Below, one piece after another: positions 46,990 through 53,593 of a DNA stretch of 64,000 nucleotides. Position 1 is the first letter of the stretch, and the number at the start of each line of letters is the position of its first letter. The notes beneath the pieces are model-generated. The model did no database searches and was not told where the DNA came from. It saw only the letters and a list, made by a program, of their open reading frames with translations. The translations under genes and the position numbers were made by a program. This stretch comes from a virus. The stretch is taken from the IMG/VR virus record IMGVR_UViG_3300031746_000003, positions 56,345-120,344 of that record. One strand, given 5' to 3'.

Positions 46990-48027
46990 ATGGCCACCAT
47001 AATCATCAGTCCAGTTCTGCAAGAGCAAGAGCCTGTATCAGAGATTGTACAGCTCAGCATCGTGGTTAAGAATGAAGACTTCGATGGCTTCTTCGACCAG
47101 CTGCAGGTGTGGAAATCTCGGCAAGGACCCTCTGGCCCTTATGAGGAACTGACTGCTGATGTATGGAGGCCTGCGCGTATTCCAAAGTTAGCCTCTGACC
47201 CGCCTCTGTCCCCAGTAACTGGGGCTAATGTAAACATAGTAGGTAAGGCGCTGCAGTTGAGGGTGACTGAGAAAGACGACATCGTAGTTGTGTTCACGGG
47301 TACAGACCCACTGACATACGCTACAGTCGCTTCTCAGATCACTACGCAAGGGCTGCAGCGTCTTATCTCCTATGTCACGAAGGAGGGTGAGATAGCTATC
47401 CAGACTACCGATGCTGGCACTGGGGCTGCTCTACGTGTTGTGGGTGGTGATGCCGCAGCTATTCTAGGGCTACCAACTACAGAACCGCAGTCACTAGCGT
47501 TTGGTAGAGACGCTAGGATACCCCTCATCAGGTACCAGACTGTTTACTCGTTCACAGATGTACACGGTAACTCTAAGTACTTCTACAAGACCAGGTTCTA
47601 TAACTCTGGTAATACGGCAGTCAGTGAGTTCAGCGCACCGATAGGTGTAGGGGCTGCCGTAGGCATCCAGAACCCTAATCTAGCAGCTGGCTTCATAGAC
47701 ATGGTGACAGCTGATGGTAAGCCTATAGCTAATCAAGAGGTACGTCTCAGCATCAAATTCACAGGTACGTTGGTAGAAGGTAGAGCTCTAGCTGCCAGCG
47801 ATATCATACGTAGGACAGACGATAACGGACATGTTGAGTTCGTACTAGTACGCGGCCAAGAGGTAGTTGTTGCCATCATAGGTACAGACTTAGTGCGTGA
47901 CATAGTGGTGCCACTAGACCAGAACATTAAAGTGTTCAACCTACTAGACCCCACCATCTCTACGCAGAACGATTACTTCAAGGCACGCGTGCCTAATATC
48001 ATTTTCGCAGAACGTCGTACCTTGTGA
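46990..48027 (+). CDS. Putative virion structural protein (Ig/FnIII-like plus sheath-type insert)
   Basis: Shares the TTxxGxxAxIxVxxGxAxAILGL motif with sheath inserts; C-terminal RTDDNGHVEF. Confidence 0.55.
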   Translation: MATIIISPVLQEQEPVSEIVQLSIVVKNEDFDGFFDQLQVWKSRQGPSGPYEELTADVWRPARIPKLASDPPLSPVTGANVNIVGKALQLRVTEKDDIVVVFTGTDPLTYATVASQITTQGLQRLISYVTKEGEIAIQTTDAGTGAALRVVGGDAAAILGLPTTEPQSLAFGRDARIPLIRYQTVYSFTDVHGNSKYFYKTRFYNSGNTAVSEFSAPIGVGAAVGIQNPNLAAGFIDMVTADGKPIANQEVRLSIKFTGTLVEGRALAASDIIRRTDDNGHVEFVLVRGQEVVVAIIGTDLVRDIVVPLDQNIKVFNLLDPTISTQNDYFKARVPNIIFAERRTL

Positions 48028-48275
48028 GCACATTCACTCTATTTTTCCCACTACCCCATCACCCAGATGAGAGTGTGGAAGCCATACTTGAGCATGTTCC
48101 CGGCAAGATGCTCAGGATGTACTTCCATGAAGCATCCTTAGCTGAGTATCATTTGATGGGTTTACGGCTGCGCTGCAAGATGTTGAATCAGAATTTCATA
48201 CCGCTACGACTCACGCATGTACCTAAACCAGGTGACACCATATTCATGACGCCTACTAGAAGGGCCCAATCGTAA
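48024..48275 (+). CDS. Hypothetical protein
   Basis: GTGA and TAATG coupling. Confidence 0.55.
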   Translation: MSTFTLFFPLPHHPDESVEAILEHVPGKMLRMYFHEASLAEYHLMGLRLRCKMLNQNFIPLRLTHVPKPGDTIFMTPTRRAQS

Positions 48276-49156
48276 TGTCTTTTGAACCAGTTGACATGTA
48301 CATCACTGAGTCTGTGCCTCCATTCGCTCCGCTGGAAGGAGTCGTACTGAAAGTCTATGACCCTTCAGGGTCCATGTTCTTCACTCAAGGAGTGACCGAT
48401 GCAGCAGGGCATGTTGGGTTTTTACTTGAGACTCAAACGTACAGCGTACGGTTCTATAAGTTTCAAGTTCAGTTTTCACAGCCTCAGGTGGTGATAGTTC
48501 TACCCACGCCTGCCATAAATGTCTTTGACATGGTGGGTACCAGCTTTGCTCCCCCGGCTGCCACTGACCCTAGGCTCTGTAGAGCTTCCGGCTTCTTTAG
48601 GGATGTCACGGGCTCTCCTAAGCCTTGGCTGGACATGCACTTCATTTCTAAATTTAGCCCCATCTTGCTAGATGGGTCCGGTGTAGTTTCGGAGCGTCAG
48701 ACGACTAGGACGGATGAGACTGGCTACGTACAGTTAGACCTCATAAGGTGCGCTCAGTACGCTGTAACTATTCAAGATTTTGAAGATACGCAGCGGCAGA
48801 TAAACGTACCTGACTCCCCTAAAGTGAACCTACCTGACCTGTTGTTCCCAGCTGTAGCCAGTATCACCTTCGACCCACCCCCTCCATATTTCTTGACTAT
48901 TGGCACAGACCTTGTAGTAACACCAACTGTAGTCACTACAGATGGCAGGACTCTTATTGGTTGTGCCATCGATGATGTCAGATGGGGTTCGTCGGATAAC
49001 AACGTGGCAGTAGTATTACCCTCACAAACAACACTAGCGTTACGTGGTTTGACTACGGGTATAGCTCAGATAACCGCTGTCCGATTAGACGCAACCGTTA
49101 TACGCATACCCAATACCCCAATCAGTGGTGTGCCAGTGGATATGACAGTGAGCTAA
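48275..49156 (+). CDS. Putative Ig-like virion protein
   Basis: VTDAAGHV and RTDETGYV repeats; WGSSDNNVAVV Big_2-like motif. Confidence 0.6.
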   Translation: MSFEPVDMYITESVPPFAPLEGVVLKVYDPSGSMFFTQGVTDAAGHVGFLLETQTYSVRFYKFQVQFSQPQVVIVLPTPAINVFDMVGTSFAPPAATDPRLCRASGFFRDVTGSPKPWLDMHFISKFSPILLDGSGVVSERQTTRTDETGYVQLDLIRCAQYAVTIQDFEDTQRQINVPDSPKVNLPDLLFPAVASITFDPPPPYFLTIGTDLVVTPTVVTTDGRTLIGCAIDDVRWGSSDNNVAVVLPSQTTLALRGLTTGIAQITAVRLDATVIRIPNTPISGVPVDMTVS

Positions 49157-49158
49157 AT

Positions 49159-49830
49159 ATGCGACAGACAACCACGGTATTACAGGTTAGTACCGCAGCG
49201 TTATTGGCTCTGGCAGAAGCCCAGCAGTTATGCCCTCATTTGAACCTGCACGTATACCATTGTGCTGCTCTCGTGCAGTCTTTGTTACGTACGCTATCCC
49301 CCTTACAGATTAAACGGTATGAGCCACCCACGGTTGAGGTAGTCAATACCTCCTGGGACCCTGACCCTGAGGCTGTACCAGGGCATATCGAAGTCAGTAG
49401 ATGTCGTGCTCTGCTGTTAGAGATAATCCGTAGAGCTGCCCATGACTGGGTGCTCTATAGGATGAGCACGAAGCTCGACTACAAGCAGATAGCCGAGGAG
49501 GCTAGGACCTGGTTGTTCGAGGAGGAAGAGGGACATCCTAATTGGCTAGAGCGCAACAACAACGAACGTTACATCACAGCATTTGTAGCAATCTGTGATG
49601 CTCTGGACTTAGAGCCAGAAGTGGTTCGTGACCGTGTGCGTAAAATGACCATCAAGTCCATCATGGGAGCTGGACGACCTGCTGAGAAGCGCCATCTACA
49701 GGTAGCCGTTGAAGACATGCACTATGAAGAGCATGGTGTGATGGACATCCATATGGAAGAGCTAGAGAGCTATGAAGATGGCTATCGCTCACAGTACGAG
49801 TCCCAGTTCTCTGTGCCTAGTTATGCGTAG
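49159..49830 (+). CDS. Conserved-looking helical phage protein
   Basis: RALLLEIIRRAAHDW...EEARTWLF...FVAICDALDLEPEVVR. Confidence 0.65.
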   Translation: MRQTTTVLQVSTAALLALAEAQQLCPHLNLHVYHCAALVQSLLRTLSPLQIKRYEPPTVEVVNTSWDPDPEAVPGHIEVSRCRALLLEIIRRAAHDWVLYRMSTKLDYKQIAEEARTWLFEEEEGHPNWLERNNNERYITAFVAICDALDLEPEVVRDRVRKMTIKSIMGAGRPAEKRHLQVAVEDMHYEEHGVMDIHMEELESYEDGYRSQYESQFSVPSYA

Positions 49831-49863
49831 CTAATGAAGAGGAGCCCTTGGTAGGGGCCCCTC
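49830..49863 (-). terminator. Hairpin between convergent genes, followed by TTAGC on the minus strand
   Basis: Imperfect GAGGAGCCCT/AGGGGCCCCTC stem. Confidence 0.5.
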
Positions 49864-49868
49864 CGCAC

Positions 49869-49991
49869 TTACTGGGCGATATACGCCCTCTTGGCTGTCT
49901 CATCGTGGAGCCAATCGCCCCACTGTTCTGGCAGCACCTCCATCAGTGGGTGGGCCACCACGTTGTGAATGAATCTCCAAAGACGCCTCAT
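49869..49991 (-). CDS. Small protein (40 aa), not in ORF track
   Basis: MRRLWRFIHNVVAHPLMEVLPEQWGDWLHDETAKRAYIAQ; GAGG RBS, ATGA coupling. Confidence 0.7.
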   Translation of the reverse strand: MRRLWRFIHNVVAHPLMEVLPEQWGDWLHDETAKRAYIAQ

Positions 49992-50242
49992 ATTTCCTCT
50001 CCTTCTTCGTTCGGTAGGAAGGTTACGAAGTCGCCAGAGCGATAGCTCCAGACGAACACATACAGCATACCGTTCATCACGGCTTTCCGTACGGCTCGTT
50101 CAGAGTGACCGCGTCTGACGAACACAGTATCTCCACGCTCTACCATCTTGCGTAGCTCGTGAAGGTCACTATCAGAAAGATCCCCCCGCTCTCCATATCT
50201 TTCTGATAGTCGGTCAACTGCGTGCGTCCCCACCGGGATCAC
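49988..50242 (-). CDS. Hypothetical protein (THAVDRLSER motif)
   Basis: Resembles the HA..R..ER start seen in small RelE-like/DUF4258 folds. Confidence 0.6.
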   Translation of the reverse strand: MIPVGTHAVDRLSERYGERGDLSDSDLHELRKMVERGDTVFVRRGHSERAVRKAVMNGMLYVFVWSYRSGDFVTFLPNEEGEEI

Positions 50243-50723
50243 CGCCTTCCAACCACTTCAACACGTCGACCTCATTGTCGAAGCTGGTGTACCACGGTGG
50301 TACCTTCTCAGCGAGCAGCTGTTCATACTTCATGAACACCACCCGCTCTGGCACTCCATGCTGATTGCGCTTGGCTGCAACCAACGGCTCACACTGAACC
50401 GTATAGACTGCCGCCTGCGCCCCGAGCGCAGCAGCCACCAACATGTACGGTGAGTACTCCGCCGCCGAGATGTTGGTGTTGTCGACGACTAGCACATTCG
50501 TATCCAGCTCCGTAAGGTTCTGCAGAGCAGCTAGGTACCTCTGCATGCACCAAGCATGTGCTGAGCTCAGCAGACTGAAGTTAAAGGACTTGTCTGCCCT
50601 GTACAGCCCAGGGAATTTGTCTGCTGACACACTGCCGACGAAATGCTTGTGTCGCGCCAGCACGTTGGCGACAAAGTGAGACTTACCCGATCCTTGGATC
50701 CCGCGCATTACGATAACTTTCAT
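50214..50723 (-). CDS. P-loop kinase, AAA_33/N4BP2-like polynucleotide kinase
   Basis: MRGIQGSGKS Walker A, SAD, AHAWC, VVDNTN, RNQHGVP. Confidence 0.85.
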   Translation of the reverse strand: MKVIVMRGIQGSGKSHFVANVLARHKHFVGSVSADKFPGLYRADKSFNFSLLSSAHAWCMQRYLAALQNLTELDTNVLVVDNTNISAAEYSPYMLVAAALGAQAAVYTVQCEPLVAAKRNQHGVPERVVFMKYEQLLAEKVPPWYTSFDNEVDVLKWLEGGDPGGDARS

Positions 50724-50762
50724 GGTCGATCATTCTTTCTAGGAGCTTGACTCCCATTACTA

Positions 50763-50789
50763 TTATCCCCAAAATGCTCGTAATATTGA
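50763..50789 (-). promoter_or_regulatory. Phage-type promoter TCAAT-N15-GG-GATAA
   Basis: Motif copy. Confidence 0.7.
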
Positions 50790-50814
50790 GCTAAAAGAGT
50801 TGGCAGTCCTCTTC
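50790..50814 (-). repeat. Conserved 3' hairpin GAAGAG-GACTGCCAA-CTCTTT-TAGC
   Basis: One of three copies with covarying stems. Confidence 0.75.
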
Positions 50815-50823
50815 GAAACTCTA

Positions 50824-50967
50824 CTACTTTCGTAGTGGTTTCATCTTTGGTGCAAGATCACCGCACCAAGTGCAGTAAGCTTCACCCTTGTGGTTGAGCT
50901 TGGCCTGTTCTGGCCGCTCATGTACATGACCACAGCGTGCACAACGCCGTGGTAATCTCCACTTCAC
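50824..50967 (-). CDS. Small Zn-finger protein (47 aa), not in ORF track
   Basis: MKWRLPRRCARCGH...YCTWCG; GTGA coupling. Confidence 0.65.
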   Translation of the reverse strand: MKWRLPRRCARCGHVHERPEQAKLNHKGEAYCTWCGDLAPKMKPLRK

Positions 50968-51146
50968 CGACACCAGCACTTCCTCACGTGTGGTGGTATG
51001 GTGAAGGTCTGCCCACGCACCGTTGCCGGTATGTAGGTGTACCCACCAGTGTAATACCCCTGCTGAACAGGGTATACGTACACCACCTCACGAGCACCAC
51101 ACCCGGTGAGGAGAAGGGCCGCTATCAGGAGAGCGAACCGAGCCAT
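50964..51146 (-). CDS. Small lipoprotein (60 aa)
   Basis: MARFALLIAALLLTG-C lipobox; AAGGA upstream. Confidence 0.7.
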   Translation of the reverse strand: MARFALLIAALLLTGCGAREVVYVYPVQQGYYTGGYTYIPATVRGQTFTIPPHVRKCWCR

Positions 51147-51349
51147 GTGTCCTTTCCGACCATCAGTTCGTCGATGGCTTCCTGGACCGTCTGTCCGGTC
51201 CCTCTGATGAACACACGGTCCATGGCAGCTACCAGCGTCCACTCGATCTTTCCCTTCTTCATGCACCTTCCGGTGCACCCCTGCAACTCCAAGCCAGCGG
51301 CCTGGAGCTTGTCCACTACCTGTGCCAGAGTCCGGCTATCCATGTTCAT
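51125..51349 (-). CDS. Small hypothetical protein
   Basis: First gene after promoter 51395-51421. Confidence 0.6.
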   Translation of the reverse strand: MNMDSRTLAQVVDKLQAAGLELQGCTGRCMKKGKIEWTLVAAMDRVFIRGTGQTVQEAIDELMVGKDTWLGSLS

Positions 51350-51394
51350 GTTGTATCTTTCTAAGGGATAACTGTAGTGATTCCCTCACTACTA

Positions 51395-51421
51395 TTATAC
51401 CCAAAACCTTCGTACATTTGA
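51395..51421 (-). promoter_or_regulatory. Phage-type promoter TCAAA-N15-GG-TATAA
   Basis: Motif copy; GTAGTGA-GGGAA-TCACTAC leader hairpin follows. Confidence 0.7.
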
Positions 51422-51450
51422 TACGATGGTAACCCTGAAAGGGACAAGCT

Positions 51451-51708
51451 ATGGGAGACGTTCTAGACCTAAAGCCAAAGCTAGCAGACAAAGTAGCTGT
51501 AGAGCCCACCACTGCATTAGCTACCGAGATCGTGAACCTCATAGCGAACAGGCATCCACCTGTACAAGCTGAGGAGGGGTTTGCTGCGCTAGTGCTAGCA
51601 GCTCGTGTACTTCATAAGCAGCTAATAGAAATGCACGGTAAAGACATAGCTGACAGAGCTCTAACAGCCTCTTACGATCTGGCAGATCACTATCAGATCA
51701 TAGAGTGA
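51451..51708 (+). CDS. Small helical protein
   Basis: AAGGGA RBS. Confidence 0.65.
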   Translation: MGDVLDLKPKLADKVAVEPTTALATEIVNLIANRHPPVQAEEGFAALVLAARVLHKQLIEMHGKDIADRALTASYDLADHYQIIE

Positions 51709-51710
51709 TA

Positions 51711-51735
51711 GCTAAAGAAGTTGGCAGTCCTTCTC
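51711..51735 (-). repeat. Conserved 3' hairpin GAGAAG-GACTGCCAA-CTTCTT-TAGC
   Basis: Second copy. Confidence 0.75.
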
Positions 51736-51743
51736 TTAGACGA

Positions 51744-51941
51744 TCAGTTCCACACGTCAGCTAGCCACCACCCATCGGCGAACACGCCAATGAAGTCGTC
51801 GTCCATTCCGTAGGTGCCCTCGTAGTCCTCTGTCTCCAATATGGAGGCAGCTTCCACTTGGGCCAACAGTTCGGCGTGACGGCTCTTGTCGATGACGCGC
51901 GTTATCAGATGAGCGGCAGCTTCTTTAGACACTTTTTCCAT
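51744..51941 (-). CDS. Small acidic protein
   Basis: GAAGGA RBS before ATG 51941. Confidence 0.6.
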   Translation of the reverse strand: MEKVSKEAAAHLITRVIDKSRHAELLAQVEAASILETEDYEGTYGMDDDFIGVFADGWWLADVWN

Positions 51942-51979
51942 GATGATGATTCCTTCCCACGGGATGATTCCCGCATAAG

Positions 51980-52312
51980 TCACTTGACCACACGAAGGTG
52001 TGGCTTGGGTGGGGTTGTATGCCCTTCCAGGAAGTCCACCTTAGCCACCAAGGCTTCGGTGACCTTCTCCCACTCTTTGAGAGCGGCCATATTGCCATGG
52101 TTCACCATGGTGAAATCCCCTAGCATTTTAGAAGCGGTGTCGTACCGACACTGCAGTGCCTTGGCCGACCCGACGAGCTGCATGTGGTCTCGATGGGCCT
52201 GGTCGAGCTCTTGCTGGTCTGCCTTCCGCTGAAGGAGCCTGCCGATAAGCACGCCGATCACGAGGGCCAGAGGAGACATCACAAACGAGACAATCATAAT
52301 GAACTGATTCAT
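51980..52312 (-). CDS. Membrane-anchored coiled-coil protein
   Basis: N-terminal TM helix; C-terminal PHLRVVK. Confidence 0.7.
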   Translation of the reverse strand: MNQFIMIVSFVMSPLALVIGVLIGRLLQRKADQQELDQAHRDHMQLVGSAKALQCRYDTASKMLGDFTMVNHGNMAALKEWEKVTEALVAKVDFLEGHTTPPKPHLRVVK

Positions 52313-52346
52313 TGGGACCTTTCAAGAGGAGGATTCCTCATATCTA

Positions 52347-52381
52347 TTATACCACCAAACTCTCAATTATTGAGGGTATAA
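52347..52381. promoter_or_regulatory. Overlapping divergent pair of phage-type promoters
   Basis: Minus strand TCAAT-N15-GG-TATAA (52347-52373); plus strand CCAAA-N15-GG-TATAA (52355-52381). Confidence 0.7.
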
Positions 52382-52400
52382 GAGTGGTGAAAGGAAACAC

Positions 52401-52709
52401 ATGAGCCCTTACAACATCAAACTGGACCGGGCTGAGGTACTAAGAGTGCTAGCTCACTGCTCTATGGGCTTCTTGGATGCGGTGACACTAGTCAACGCCC
52501 CAATGGAGGCATCAGCACTAATGGCTGGAGTCATGAAGAACGCAGCACTAGAAGCCTGCCCATCCATGCAGTTTACTCTGGCAGAGCTTGAAGATGCAGT
52601 CACCGACATGTTCCTGGAGCGGAATGGTGGTGCCACACCAAGAGAGCTCGCTAAACTCCAAAAGCGAGTTGCAGATCTTAAAGAAGAAAGGAAACTCAGT
52701 GGCAACTAA
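52401..52709 (+). CDS. Hypothetical protein
   Basis: AAGGA RBS. Confidence 0.65.
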   Translation: MSPYNIKLDRAEVLRVLAHCSMGFLDAVTLVNAPMEASALMAGVMKNAALEACPSMQFTLAELEDAVTDMFLERNGGATPRELAKLQKRVADLKEERKLSGN

Positions 52710-53526
52710 GAACCTATCTCGTACGCCTATCGAAGGAGGGCGTACTGGGCGCAACAAGCATGATCGTCGGTACTCCAATAGAGAAGAGCGTGTGGCTACG
52801 CGTGGGGCTTTGGCAAAGGTCAGAGCCACTGGTGATGGGGATGACCTTCCAATCATCAAGCGCAATAAGGTCATGAAAGAATTCGCCGATAAACTGTCCG
52901 TGGTTAATCGGTTCCTTGATGCCAACGTGGGGAAGTACTGGCCCAAGGTGTACTCAGAACTCCGTAAAAAGTTCGATAGCCGTACTACCGCAGGCCGTCA
53001 TATCTTGTTTGACCACATGCTTCGTGGCATCAAGGGTGCTGGACAGCAGGAAGGCCTACACCCTTACTCGTTCTCATTCGAAGACTACTACGTCAACGAG
53101 GCCAACTTGCTCATGAAGTGCAAGGAGTCTAAGCGTGGTGGCAAACAAGTGGGAAAGAAAGAGCCTAAGCCCAAGAAGACCAAGCCCGTCTCTCTCATCA
53201 AGATCGCAAAGTGGCTGGATGGCATGGGGGTGGTCAAGCAGGGGGAGGTGCTCTACTGGGGTGTCCCTGCTGGAAGAGACCCCTGGGTGGTAGAGGTGGT
53301 AAAGCAGAGTCCTTGGGCCTCCGAGCTACGTTACAGAATGCTCGATCACACCGGCAAGCCGTACTCTATGCCAAAATGGGCTCCTGCTCCTGGGGAAGTT
53401 CCAGTGCTTGTGCCCTGCTACGCCACTACCCTGGTTATGCGGCAAGGAAAGCGCATGGCTGAAGAAGACGTGAAATTCTTCAACAGCCTGCAGCAGAACA
53501 TCAAGGACTGGCTACTCCAGATGTGA
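52699..53526 (+). CDS. Basic conserved-looking hypothetical protein
   Basis: AAGGA before GTG 52699; KNLSRTPIEGGR and RFLDANVGKYWPKVYSEL...GRH pattern. Confidence 0.7.
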   Translation: MATKNLSRTPIEGGRTGRNKHDRRYSNREERVATRGALAKVRATGDGDDLPIIKRNKVMKEFADKLSVVNRFLDANVGKYWPKVYSELRKKFDSRTTAGRHILFDHMLRGIKGAGQQEGLHPYSFSFEDYYVNEANLLMKCKESKRGGKQVGKKEPKPKKTKPVSLIKIAKWLDGMGVVKQGEVLYWGVPAGRDPWVVEVVKQSPWASELRYRMLDHTGKPYSMPKWAPAPGEVPVLVPCYATTLVMRQGKRMAEEDVKFFNSLQQNIKDWLLQM

Positions 53527-53531
53527 GTAGT

Positions 53532-53557
53532 GAGAAAGGACTGCAAACTTTCTTAGC
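53532..53557 (+). repeat. Conserved 3' hairpin GAGAAAG-GACTGCAAA-CTTTCTT-AGC
   Basis: Third copy, on the opposite strand, 5 nt after the stop of 52699-53526. Confidence 0.75.
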
Positions 53558-53593
53558 CCTCTATTATCCACTCTCTGCTAAACTACCCACTGA

